DNA of 64,000 nt from Trichosphaerium sp. ATCC 40318 (GCA_038496445.1 JALMLS010000211.1:1-64000), one strand, 5' to 3'. Positions 25,960 to 38,473 are shown, counted from the first letter of the stretch. The notes: a model not told the origin generated them from the sequence alone. Numbers and translations are program-made.

Positions 25960-28900
25960 ATGGCTGAGGAAGCCACAAAACCTGTTCACGCAACAGAACG
26001 TTACCTCAGAAACCAATTAAAAGAGTTTGACACACTAGAAACACGTGTTAAAGAAGAGCTCCGGGAAGTTAACACACTATGCCAGAAATTAGCAAAAGAC
26101 GTTAAAGAACTCATTGAAGTACTTCTAGGTACGTATAATAACGCACGTGATTAATTTCTAAAATACTTTTTCATTTAAGACGATTCAAACCTTCCGTTAC
26201 TGCTTGATCCTTCTTCTGCGGGTGAAGACAAAGCTAAAACGATAGAGAGCACTGTTTCTGTTTGTACTACTTTAATAAACAGCGCTAATGAGTTTCTTAC
26301 TGAATGGTGTGATCTCAAGAGGCCTAAACACGGTAACTACGCTCAGGATAACTTCTTGGTTAGCTTTTACGGCTTTTTGCTTCTAAACTACTTGATAACT
26401 TCAAAACTAGGCTATTTACGACAGGTTAAACTCACTAGCAGATGACGATCATCGCTCAGCTTTGCCTGTATGGAAAGTAAAAGAATACGATATGGATGAG
26501 TTGCAGTCTACTTTTAACGACTTTGTTATACTACACATGCCGTATTTTACAGTGATCGTTTGGGTACGTCTATTATGCTTGAAGCTTGTTAACCGTTTTA
26601 ACGGAGAATCTTTGTATTCATTTAATGTGTTGTGTAGGTTGATGGACGTCATGAGAATAATCAAGTATGTACCACTAGTATTAATACAAAAAATGCGGAT
26701 ATTGTCTTTATCACGTGCGATTCACCGGGAGATGTAAGTAACGAAAGTAATTTTATGAGAATTTTAATGGTTTTTTTTTTGTAAAGTTGTTGAAGTTGTT
26801 GACAAAACATACTTCATATCTCACTGGTAGGGATGCTCACGGACGTGTTCGTATCATCACAGCAAGGTATGATAGTGTTATAGCTATTCGTCTTATCGGT
26901 TCATAGTGCATTCACTTCGGAAGATAGCTCTCAAACCATGACGGCAGCGGATCTTCTTAAGAGTTTGTCGGAAAAAAAGTTCACGGTAAACTACTAATAA
27001 TAGGAGCTTTTTTTAAAGGTTTTTCTAGGTTCCAGCACTTATTTATACTGGTAAAAGGAAAGCGAATGTATTAAGGAATAGTTATGGACATTTATCAAAA
27101 GCATATGGATCATGTTGTATTACCTTTATGGAGAAACATTTGATGAACTTTGTTACAATGTCAACAGTTTTTTGGATTGGAACTCAAGATGATGCTGTAC
27201 GGTTACACAATTGTTTTAATATCGTCTTTCGATTGCTTTTTCCTATTCTTTAATATACAATACTTCAGTTTTTACATTGATACAGATACTATAACAAGTA
27301 CTTTTGGTTCACAGACCTTAAAAAGGTTTATCTTTTTTCCCTTTTCGTTTTTTCCTCTTTTTTTCTTTTCGTTGCTTGGTTGCTCATTTATATGGGTAGC
27401 TAACGAAGAAGATAAAAAATAGCGGTATAGCCTTATACACTGCTGAAGAAGAGAAATGTAGCGCATCAAAGTTCATGAATGATTTAGAAACTCTACAAGA
27501 AAAAGAAAACGTGATAGTTGTTTTGAATATCGGTATGTCTTCGGGAAACTGGAGATTCTATGTGCTTGTTCTCATTGCATTGACATATTGAATCATTACT
27601 TGTCCATTTTTACGATACACCATGTCACTCCATCATTAGGAGTGATTACGTGGTATATTTATCTTTGACGTGATGAGAACAAGCACTTTTAACTTTCCCA
27701 TATTTTTATTTTTTTATTTTTGATAACTGACTACTTTTCTTAAAGATGCGAACATGGACGATAAAACTGTTGATGAACATGCCAAAGATCTTATTAAGTT
27801 ATATGCAAAATCAAAGTGTAAAATTGTAGTACATACACAGAGGGATGTATCATCGCAAACAATCGACAGATTAAACAAAAGTGATCGTGTTAAGGTACTC
27901 AATAATATTTTTTCCCTTTGATTTTTACTCACTTTCTTCTATCTTTAGATTACTAAGGATACTGTAAGTGGTAAGAGAGAAAGATCAAGTATTTGTTGTT
28001 TGGCAAAAGTTAGGCATAGCAGAATCGATTCTTGCATTATGATGAAGCGAACACCATCTCTTCAAGGTAAAGAAACTTTAGAAAAAAAAATAATATCTAA
28101 AACGTGTTTTTTTGACTTCTTTCTTTCAGAAATAATTGATGCACCAAAAAGTGGCACTTTGCATATTACGAGTATATCTTGTGCTGATCTTAAACCAAAG
28201 GATGCCGTACGTTTCCATCTGTTTTTTTGGACCTCTAAACTTTGACTCGGCTTGAAACACAGCTGTGAACTTCACGCTAATAACAAAATTCTGGCTACTG
28301 GGTTTTTTGGTTTTTATTTTCTTTATAGGGTGTGAGTTCAGATCCTTACGTTACACTTGTTATAAAAGGAAACGCAAGGTCAAAGATAAAAACAAGTGTT
28401 ATTAAAAAAAATTTGAACCCAGTGTGGAAAGGACTCGATTGGAAAATGTAAGTGCTATTTTGTTGATTACTAAAACAACCCTTTTACTCTTACGCTTTAA
28501 TACTCTTTGCAAGCTCACCACCTTAACTTTTTTTGTTATTTAAGACAAGCACACACGACAGATACTTTAACATTAGAGGTTTTTGATTGGTACTACTACC
28601 CCCGCTTTGTTGCCTGGCAGCAAACAATTTCGACTTTTTTTTTGGTTCATGTCCTTACAGTTTGCTTAAATCAGTGCCACCAGTGAACTGTTGACAAAGC
28701 GAAAAAAATAATACCAACCTTAAAGAAGTTTTCTATTTTTGTGTGGGCTCTTACTACTGAGCACAGCTGGTTTCTTGTTTGTTTGAAATTGAAGCAAAAA
28801 ATTGATAAATTATCTTTAGGAATTTAGTAACAGCAAGATCCTTTGAAGGCCGTATTTCTATTCACCTTCCACAGCTAGCTGTTGAACAAAGTAAAATACC

Positions 28901-29081
28901 AGAAGGAGAATTCCCTAGCTTAACATTTACATTACAACCGGCACGTGATTTTGAAGAACAGATTGTAATCAACATCCAAGAGATTCTCATATTTTTTTTA
29001 ATTTAGAAAGATAAAAGTAAGAAAGATAAAGTATCTGGGACAATCACTATTGATATGCGCTTTGATGATTTAAACTTTTAA
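25960..29081 (+). CDS. Multi-exon protein: N-terminal coiled coil, two possible receiver-like alpha/beta units, C-terminal C2 domain
   Basis: C2 motifs GTLHITSISCADLKPKDA-GVSSDPYV, KTSVIKKNLNPVW, LTLEVFDW and KVSGTITI. The upstream exons can be joined in frame with canonical splice sites. Confidence 0.75.
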
Positions 29082-29620
29082 AAGTATCAATACCAATAAT
29101 AATAATAAAAAAATAATGAGAACCTAAGTTGACATTGCGTAATTTGTACAAAACGACTCAAAACTGAAGTCATTCATTCGACTTTTCCATAAAAACGGAA
29201 GAATGAAATTAGGACCTACCGGTCCTATTCTTCTTCAAAGGACACCTCGCTTCTTAAGTAGTAGGTGAGGGTAGAGCTGTATAGATTGAGGCTATGTCAT
29301 CTGAGAAAGAGGAAAGTCTATGTCGTGTACTTCCACTTCAATTCATGTTTGCAACCTTTAAAGATCCGACAACCTCCGGTTGTATTCTCGCACTTTTGGG
29401 CAAACAAAATAATAAAAAACTGCTAATAAACTTGAGAAATAATTATGCTTTAACATTTTTAGGCTGTAATGGTAATAAAGCAGACCGTGTTTCTCTATTG
29501 ATACAGTAAATGAGTTGAAAAAAAAAACTACAAACAGAAAAAAAAACTCCCAAATGCGGAATTAAAAACTTAAGTATTTCCTAATTTGGCAGCATAAAAC
29601 TAAAACAACGAACACGAAAG

Positions 29621-30944
29621 ATGCAACTCTATAAAGCTATCCTTGCTTCATTGTGTTTTATAGTCGTATTCACACAACTCACAGTTGCTCAAACGCTAGT
29701 ACATGAATTTAACTTGAATGGAAACTTAAACGATGACGTGGGTACCGCGTACGTATTTATTAGCGTTTAAAGTCGATTTGTATACCTCTACATTCTCGAG
29801 AATGTGTTGTAGGCTTATACTCCACTACTACGACGCACAAATAGTGCTATTCTAGCACTTAGAGTGCAAAGTAGTGGAATTTTAAGAAAGACGAAGTAAA
29901 ACTGTTTAGCGACTTTTCTATGCTGCTTAATCTCATGTGCAAGGTTTTCCCTACGTATATAGCTTAAGTAGGGTAGAAAACTCCTCAACAAGTTATCCTT
30001 TTTTTTTTTTTCGGGCACACGTGTATTTTAAAATACTTATTCGTCTTTTTTTTTAGACAGGCAACACTGGTGGCTCCTGAACAGTACATTGACCAATCTT
30101 GTTTAAATTTACCACAAAGGAGTGCATCTAATGGTTTCAGAATTTCGAGTTTATCGTCCTCACTTGGCTCTGCATACACAATCATTTTGAATTTTAGTTT
30201 TATGGCTAGCGGTAATGGAAAACTAATAGAATGGACTACCAACGACGATGAAGGCCTTTATTTACAAACAGATAAAGTACAGCTCGCAGAAAGATTTGGA
30301 TCTTCTTATCTAACGGAGGAGTTTACTAGTACAAACATTTCAGTTTATTTAGCGTAAGTACATCTGTTTCCATAAACAGAAATTTGATCGGGAATTGCTT
30401 TATTTTTATTAATGCCTTACTGCTTAGGTACGACAGTTTAACACAATTTACTACATTTGGTCTTGTTGGTGATATGACAGTACAGGCAAATGCTACTTCA
30501 GGGCTTCCAAGATTACCTAGTACACTTGTACTTTTCTCAGATAAGGAAATTCTTTCAGCTCAATATCCGGTATGTGTAGATAGTATCTTGTTCTATTCTG
30601 GATTTTTTGTACCAACCTTAAGTCCAACAACATTAAGCCCAACAACATCAAGCCCAACGACGTCTAGTCCAACAGTAAGCCCTACAACATCAAGTCCAAC
30701 AACGTTAAGTCCAACAACGTCAAGTCCAACATCAAGCCCAACGACGTCTAGTCCAACATCAAGCCCAACAACATCGAGTCCATCAATACAGAGCCCTACA
30801 ATCCCACCTACAACATCAATCCCAACAGCACCTTTATCAACTGTTACACCAACTGGAGAAACAATAACATCTGTATGTAGTTTCGTTGTACCATCTTTCA
30901 TATTGGTCTCCGTGATACTATTGACCCAACTACAGCTTGTTTAG
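29621..30944 (+). CDS. Secreted, probably GPI-anchored surface protein with a Ser/Pro/Thr mucin-like stalk
   Basis: Signal peptide MQLYKAILASLCFIVVFTQLTVA, then LVHEFNLNGNLNDDVG (resembles the start of LamG/ConA-like domains), SPTT repeats, and a hydrophobic C-terminus VVPSFILVSVILLTQLQLV with no cytosolic tail. Confidence 0.75.
30611..30830 (+). repeat. SPTT(S/L) coding minisatellite, 12-15 nt units
   Basis: AGTCCAACAACATCA / AGCCCAACGACGTCT variants in tandem. Confidence 0.9.
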
Positions 30945-31568
30945 TTGAAAATAAACACAAGAGTGGATTCTCAAACCCAGTTTTTTTTTGTTGGTAAAGC
31001 GCGGATGAAAGCGAAGTGTGTAGTTTGGGTAAACTGCTGCGAGTCTCAAAAATTAAAAAGGGAAGCACTCAAGATTGGCTATGGGTTTCGCTTCAGGATA
31101 CATAAAGCTACAGTATCTAATCACATGCTCACGTGATCTCCTAAATTGTTGTATGTAGTTTTCATCAAAAAGTAGTTTTCCATATCAATTCTTCCAGCAT
31201 GCTATCTGATACTGTTTGACATCCTTCCAGTGGTATAAAGTTGATAGCTTCGGCCTTTGGCGAATAAACGAGACTGGCTTTAACTTGAGCATGTTTTCAT
31301 CGAATGCTACTTGTGATCTGTGCATTTCTTGTTTTTCTCTGTAAAAAAAACTGTGGACAAAATGTACAACTGAAAGATCTGTATGTAATAACTAGATTAT
31401 AGATTGTAAGGTCGACTAGCATTAGAGAGTTTACTATTTATTATATGATTATGAGGTATGATATGTTCATTTGCTTACACTGAAAAGAGAAGTAACAGTC
31501 ACGTGTCAAGATTTTGTCGGCCAATGCGTGAATGGATGAATACAAAGTAGATATCTGTGCGGGAAACA

Positions 31569-32240
31569 TCAAAGTCCAGAAGAGTTGTCTTCACCTACAA
31601 GAGGTGTAACATGTTTTAGATTGCGTACAGCAGACACCAGGAGGAATTTAGAGTACAAGCAGTGTAGGTTAGTTGCAATAAAGCCAGGTGTGAAATCTCC
31701 AAGAGCAGAGCCGAAGCGGCATTCTAGTGATCCTGATTCTTCATTTGTGCTTATAGAGAGCCACGAACGACCTTTGCCTATACTGTAACCAAGTATTGCT
31801 TCTTTTTCATTGCGTCTGAGAACCTTAAAAATGGCAACTTGATCGTTTGGTTCAAAGTCCGTTTTAAGAATCTCACTGGTTTCCAGGTTGTTACATACGT
31901 TTGTAGGTACTGTGGTCCTTAATATGAAGCGCTCCAAAGAAAAAATAGGGCTGGTGTAGAAAGAACGCAAGTAAAGTGTTGTAAGCTCGTTTAATCCACT
32001 AGTTTTCGCGATTTGAAGCATTTTTGCGCTATTTTGTTCGTCAAGTTTATAAACGAACTCATCTGCGTAAGTACACTCATCTGTGTCATAATAATCATGT
32101 AGAAATGATGTATTACCCACAGGGACTTTTTCAACGGGTGAAATATAGTTATAAGCGTAAACCCATGTTCCTATTCCAGTTATTGCTGCAGTGTACTTAA
32201 ACACTAGCCAATTGAAGTTTCTTGCAGCATAGGTGGCCAT
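31569..32240 (-). CDS. Intronless hypothetical protein, DUF2867-like
   Basis: 223-aa uninterrupted ORF from ATG 32240. YADEF, FYTSPIFSLERFIL, FKVLRRNEKEAIL, RSWLS, RFGSAL and LHCLYSKFLL recall a family best known from bacteria. The N-terminus has a possible targeting or transmembrane segment. Confidence 0.65.
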   Translation of the reverse strand: MATYAARNFNWLVFKYTAAITGIGTWVYAYNYISPVEKVPVGNTSFLHDYYDTDECTYADEFVYKLDEQNSAKMLQIAKTSGLNELTTLYLRSFYTSPIFSLERFILRTTVPTNVCNNLETSEILKTDFEPNDQVAIFKVLRRNEKEAILGYSIGKGRSWLSISTNEESGSLECRFGSALGDFTPGFIATNLHCLYSKFLLVSAVRNLKHVTPLVGEDNSSGL

Positions 32241-32612
32241 CCTGGTAGAAGTTACTGAGTTTAACAAAGAGGTTTCTCTGAACCAAACCTTTATTTTCAC
32301 GTGATTGATTGAGTATTCGTCCTAACTATTCATTTGACGTTCAGCGTCAATTGCAGATAAGCAACCGTAATTACTCACTTGGCTTACAAGAACTGAGTAT
32401 AGTTTCTGAGCCATAACAACTTGCTAAAGTATGTGGGCTGAGCAAATGGAGAACAATAGGTCTATTCACTGTTGCAAGGTCTCCATGATGGCCACTAGTT
32501 GAGCCTCACAGTAGAATACTATCGAATCAAAACTTGATAATATGCCAGCATGTGACATGGTGTGCCTTGACCTTGGCTTCATGGCACACGTTTTGTACTA
32601 GAGTTCATATAA

Positions 32613-33264
32613 GAAAATGGAAGACTGTTGCACTTGTTTAAATGAAGAAGAATTTAAGAAAGAAAAAACAGTAACAAACGAAATGTATACAGCCATACAC
32701 GATACTATCAATCCTCCTGTTGAGATGACTTTTTGGACAGCCATTCATTATCTAGAACTAGATATTGTGTTGCTGTGCACGGCTACATTACCATTACAAA
32801 GGCTATTCCAAGATGGTATTTTGTCACCTTGTAATTTTTTTTCAGGTCAACGTGAATATCCAAACGGCGCTTTCTATGGAGGTGTTACACTTCAACCAAG
32901 TCATAAACTATTGATTGAATAGCTCAAGAAAAATATAGCATCAATGGCAAAGCACATTGTCCATATAGATGTACACACTGGTTATGGTACAGAAAGACCA
33001 ATTTTTTTATTTATTGTCTAACATGGCTTTACAGGAAAATACATGGAAGATATTCTCATACGTAATGGAGATAGGAGTCGATTTACTCCAGAATTTACCA
33101 AATTAATGGGTGAAGAGCTTGTAGACTTTGCATCTAGTGGAGGATATGAAACTCCAGCAAATTGTCAATCTTTTCTTTTTTTTCTTGCATTTTTCTGGTT
33201 TTTGTTGTCCTTGTTTAAGTTATGGTTAAAGAGATGTTATTGATAGTGATGGACTTGGTGCTAT
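32613..33264 (+). pseudogene. Degenerate inverted partial copy of the DUF2817 peptidase gene (source ~52161-52830, minus strand)
   Basis: Three exons with introns are highly similar to the source. Lesions: TGG>TAG at 32920-32922, a 1-nt deletion near 32762, an altered donor near 33157 and a 6-nt insertion near 33244. No 5' or 3' exons. Confidence 0.9.
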
Positions 33265-33369
33265 AACTAACCGTAAAAAATTATCGTTGTACAGCTTTAT
33301 AACTGGCTTCCTTAAAACTTCAGCAAGCCACAGACCGATGCCTTTCAGATACAAAACAATACAATCTAC

Positions 33370-33497
33370 ACTATTGACTTGAGGTTTGTTTGTTTGGTTT
33401 ATTTTGATTAAGCAAAGCTTACTCAAGGCGCATATTACGTTACATTATATAGTACAACACAAGCTCTCCATAGAACCTGGAACTATTGACTTGAGGT
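33370..33497. repeat. Exact 16-bp direct repeat ACTATTGACTTGAGGT (33370-33385 and 33482-33497)
   Basis: Read directly from the sequence. Confidence 0.8.
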
Positions 33498-33517
33498 GAT
33501 ACTAAATTGGGGATATA

Positions 33518-33750
33518 GTTTTTTCCGAATTTTCCGAAAACAAAAATTCGAAAGTGTAGAAAGATGCATAGCTAGGGCAGTCCACTAAACTAGAAAGCGC
33601 CTGGTTCACTTACGGTCGGGTCCTCGCTGTGCTCGGAACTAGAACCCGACCTTTGTTCACATATAGTGATCCATTGGTGGGTATAGGCATTCGGTTTTTG
33701 TATCGAATTCTATTTTTTCGAATTTTTCTTTCGAAAAATTCGGAAAAAAC
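33518..33750. mobile_element. MITE-like non-autonomous element with ~45-50 bp imperfect terminal inverted repeats
   Basis: Left GTTTTTTCCGAATTTTCCGAAAACAAAAATTCGAAA versus the reverse complement of the right end GTTTTTTCCGAATTTTTCGAAAGAAAAATTCGAAA (first 16 nt identical). Internal GC-rich hairpin GGTCGGGT..ACCCGACC. Non-coding. Confidence 0.65.
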
Positions 33751-33930
33751 GTGGGTACGATAAATTGGTCAAAGAGGATCATCACATAATTTTATCAGCG
33801 ACTCAAGTCGGCTACCAACCTGACAAAGTACGCTTTGTTAACACCTAACCTATACACTTTATTTTGTAAATTAGAAGTAGTTAAACGTGCCATACTTGTA
33901 TTTCGTTTAAAGGAACTACTGTAGGCCCAT

Positions 33931-35037
33931 ATGGAAAAAAGAAAGCTCGCAGCACCCGAGCTGTGTACCATTAAACTTTTAGATATTCCAACAGAGATAC
34001 TCGCTTATTTGTTCAAGTTTTCTGACGATATTGATCGATATTCTGTTTCTCAAAGCTGTAAAGGGTTATCTGATATAATACATCACCACGTGGGTTATAA
34101 CGTAATAATAATTCGATCAAGTGCAGATTGTTCTCGTCTCTCAGGAAGTCCTCTTCTAAGGAACTCTAAAATAACTTTTTCTGGGTGTGAACCTAAAGAT
34201 GAAGACTTTGCTTTTCTTTCAGGTGTTCATACACTAGGAATCTACAACAATACAAATGTTACAGATATAGGACTTAAGAACATCTGTGGTGTTCGTGGCT
34301 TATGGTTGTACAACCTACCAAAGCTAACAAACTCGTGGATAAAACCACTTTCTAAACACCTTGACACTGTTTACATATATAACGTTCCTGGAGTTACAGA
34401 GGCTGGCATGAAAGAGCTTGCTGGGATATCAGATATAAACCTGGCTGATTCCAAAGTAACAGATGATGTGTTGTCTGCGTTTTCTGGAGTACACGCCATA
34501 GATTTGAATGGTTGTGAGCTCATTACAGATAAAGGCGTTTCTGCTTTGGCTGGAGTACACACGATTGGCTTGGCAAATACATCAGTTACTGATAAAGGAA
34601 TTTCAGTATTAGCCGGAGTTCATACCATAAACTTGATGGATTGTTCATTCATCACTGATGACGGCATTTCAGCTTTGGTGGGCGTACGCAACATCAATTT
34701 GGGGAATACAGAAGTAACTGATAAAGGTGTTCTAGCACTATCTAAATCCTCAACACGTGTTCATATTATAAATTTGCAGAATACATCAGTTACTGATAAA
34801 AGCATCTCTGCGTTGGTTGGTATACATCAGATTAATCTATCCGGATGTAAAGGTATACAAGGATCATGTATGAAAAGTCTTGCCGGTGCTCATAGCATTG
34901 ATATGACATACACAAACGCAACAGATGATTGGCTTATTCCACTGTCAGGTGTTAAGGTATTGAAGCTGTATGGTTGTAAGTTTACAAGGAAAGGTTATGT
35001 TATGGCAAGAGAAAGGAGTGAATCGGGCATAGAATAG
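33931..35037 (+). CDS. Intronless F-box + short LRR protein, paralog of 5766..7876
   Basis: F-box LLDIPTEILAYLFKFSDDIDRYSVSQSCKGLSDII; repeats GVHxIxLxxTxVTDKG(V/I)SAL; shares SQSC..+DIIH..VGY with the first paralog. Confidence 0.88.
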   Translation: MEKRKLAAPELCTIKLLDIPTEILAYLFKFSDDIDRYSVSQSCKGLSDIIHHHVGYNVIIIRSSADCSRLSGSPLLRNSKITFSGCEPKDEDFAFLSGVHTLGIYNNTNVTDIGLKNICGVRGLWLYNLPKLTNSWIKPLSKHLDTVYIYNVPGVTEAGMKELAGISDINLADSKVTDDVLSAFSGVHAIDLNGCELITDKGVSALAGVHTIGLANTSVTDKGISVLAGVHTINLMDCSFITDDGISALVGVRNINLGNTEVTDKGVLALSKSSTRVHIINLQNTSVTDKSISALVGIHQINLSGCKGIQGSCMKSLAGAHSIDMTYTNATDDWLIPLSGVKVLKLYGCKFTRKGYVMARERSESGIE

Positions 35038-35256
35038 ATACTTGGTGAATTAAAAAGAAAACAGAACATGAGTAGACTACCGAAAACTATCTTGATATTT
35101 CTAGTCTACAAAAGACCTGTTCACCACGAAGTCCAAGACACTGTCTCAAACAAAAAAATGGAAAAAAAATCAGATTTAATTACCATGAACACGTGGTATC
35201 TTTTCGGAAAACAAAACTCTTTCTTATTCATTTTCTTTAATAAACTACATTCAATT

Positions 35257-37866
35257 TTATGTTACTAAAACATCCTTTGAAACAACACCTGCATTGTTTC
35301 CGGCTTTTTGTTTGTATATATTAAATGGTAATATTGAAGCTCTGAAAGATGTGCTGTAAACGAGTGCAAAAATTATAATACCAATTACCTATTACAAACT
35401 GTAAACCAACAATGTCACCACTACAAAAAGAACGTACAAGCAGCAAAATGAACATGGTCACCAACACAGAAATGAGAACAGCCAAATCTCGGGCATTGCA
35501 ATCTTGTACTGGAAACGTAAAAACATTGATCCTATGGTACTCCAAGTTAGATAGAGTAAATTCTTTGCGATGAGTATTTTCGGTATCTAATTGTTGAGTT
35601 GGACGTACTCTCTTCCTGTATTCTTTTGGGTGCTAAATACACATTCTTTTGTCGTTACTGTTATGTCTGCAGCAAAACAGGTTGTCTTTATAACCGTCAC
35701 TTGCTTCGAAGATGACTGACTTCCTGTGAGATCTACTTGTATTGAACTATCATTGGAGCCTGCAATTACACATCCTATTGAAGCAGGTAAGTTAACAGAA
35801 GTACGTTAAACAAGAACTGTACCTGTTACTGTCAATGTGTTGGCTCTTGTATCTGTAACAATTATATCCAAAATGCCTTTGTTTGTGACGTTTCCAATGA
35901 CTAGCGTAGGTTGATCAATGATAAATGATCCTGTAATAGCAATACTCCCATTAAAAAAGCACCCATTAGCATCACATGTCAAACATGAGTTGTCGCTACA
36001 TTCGGCTATGATAACATTAACCAAGAATAGATAAAACTGACGACGTACTTATTTTTGCAGGTACAGGAGCCTTAGTTGTAGGAGCACTCGTTGGTGGTGG
36101 ATCCGTTGTAACAACGACTTCACATAAAGAGTTAAATTCTTGTTTCAATGCGGTGGGTACGTCAGAAATGTCTGTTGAATTTCTTAGTATGTAACTAAAC
36201 AAACATGTTTATACCACCACAACAAATACTGTTTGAGCAGTCATCACATGTTATCACTGATTGATTTGATATTGAAGTGCACTCATTACTAAGTTGACTA
36301 CTACAATCCACTCCACCACAAACGAAATCGATTTTGTTCGCTGGGAAAAAAGTCAGAATCAATCCCTTAAAAAACATCACACAATATGATACTTACGGTC
36401 GTTAATAAATATGGAGTCCCTACAGATGATGGTTAAGATGGTATCAAAAGAAAATTAGAGAAATTGACGCACGTGATATGGACGGTTTTATCTTTGTCAG
36501 CAAAAATAGAGTGTCCTACTGTATCATTTGGACGGCTGTCACATGAATTATTTACGAAGACACATGATACGAAGCTTGCATTTGTAGACAAATATACTCC
36601 GCAACCTATCCGTGTTTTAGCGAGATATAGAGCAGCAACTTAACTACCTTTATCTGTTGACGCGCTACCAGATTTAGTTGACACCTTTGATGAAGAAACA
36701 ACAACATTTATAAAAGATGCTTGAAGTACTTCTTCTCCAATAAACAGACTACCACCTTCCATACCTATTCAAAGTATTTAACAACTGTACCTACTTATCA
36801 TATTCTTACCTCTGCCCTCTATATTACTATCTCTAAACGCAGTATTTTGTACAGTGAGCTATAAACCGGTATTAACTTTAAACTATTTAATTTTGAAGTT
36901 GTACCTCATTAACTTTGTTGATATAAAAGACACCACCTAGACCGTTTAAGTACAAGAAGTTGCAAGTGTTGAAACTTACCAAAGCCTTCTCTGGCGTTTA
37001 CTTTAGTTTCCAAAAACAACGAGTCACTGATTTCTACATTACCGCCATTTTCTATTCTCAAACATCCTCCCTTGAGTATAGTCAATGCGCTGAAGATGGT
37101 ATTATCGTCGAAGATCACTCCGTGAACAACAAGATGTGTGCTATTAAATGAATAAGTTGCAAGTCAAGCGAAACATTATCGCGTACAAGTTATAAACAGA
37201 AGCGATGCTTTGTTCAAATGTAGTAGCAGAAAAACGCAAGTCACTACAATACATGATAAGAAAAAGGTAATAAAATCTTCAAGAGAATGTATATTTATAT
37301 CACCACGTGCATTAGTTCTATTTCGGGAGTATTTGCTAGCGACGTTTGAATACAAGTATGGCCAAAAGAAAACCCTCGTAAAATTATTCTCTCTTCTGCT
37401 TCCATGAGCACGTGATTAGTTTCTTCACAATCCACTGTAACACTGTAACTAGTGTCTAAAACTTTGTTACAACTACACAGTAAAATTGAGGTTTTAAGGT
37501 TACGTCACGTGGGTATTTACAAAAAAGAGAAAAGCTCCGAGGTTTTTGTGGACGTTAACCAGTTTCTTTCCTTTTCCGTTTTTTGTCGTACTTGTTTGTA
37601 TGGACAATGTAGAGTTTGAATATACTGCACCCTCCTTCAAAATATGAGGAAACTGCCCCAAAAAAAGATCGGAATAGCCCATATTGAAATAGCAGTTGAT
37701 ATTATTGCTGCAATTATGATTCAAGCTAGTCTCGATAGCTAAAAAACAATTAAAGAAAACTTATTTAGGTTTTACTTTATGAAGGCTTTAATCGTATACC
37801 TAGAGCTTTTGATCCGACGGTGTACACCAAAAAGATCACTACAGAGATAAGGAGATGCTTCACCAT
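35257..37866 (-). CDS. Type I membrane surface protein, tandem paralog A
   Basis: Signal peptide MVKHLLISVVIFLVYTVGSKAL; GG-hydrophobic repeats (KGGCLRIENGG, GGVFY, GGSLFIG) of beta-helix/pectin-lyase-like type; Cys-rich CGGVDC..CDDCSNSICCGG; P/T linker; transmembrane segment and tail ILPFNIYK. Exon-by-exon homology to paralog B. Confidence 0.8.
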
Positions 37867-38473
37867 TTGATTCGTCAACGTGTGGTGATTTAAGTTCAGT
37901 TTCACAGTTTATGTAAATTCCTCAATCTACACGTACCGCGTATAAACGACGCGTAGAGTCAGGAGGTAGTTGTACCTTATGACCTATTTGGAGTTTTTAT
38001 TCTGAGGATACTCCTAACATTGCCATAGCTTATACGCCTTCTCGAGAACCGTTCCACTTGTGGTTGTTTACGGAATGATTTTTATCTGGCAAAAGTGTAA
38101 CAAGTTTTTCAAATTGTAATAAACCCCGATGGAACGCATTAACTTACGTCCACGATTGCCGTTTGATGGGTTAAAAGTGGTATTAGGTTAATAATCCCAA
38201 AAACACATAGCACTCGTAGTTACGCTATTCGAGCGTACAGTACAATAGCTATTTTTTTTGTCAGCGTTCTTCGGAGTAGTTTGTTGGTCACGTGATATAT
38301 TTTAAAATCACCAAAAATGTTATGAGCAAGCTTGTACTTGAGATAACAGTATATCTTGTTTAGGATCAAAGTTGGAACAGCGAAAAAGTGCGAGATTCAA
38401 GCGAATCTTTTATTGTGCGTTTGACATCGTGGGTTTTTTTCAAAATAAAATAAATAGTACGTTACAACGTTTA

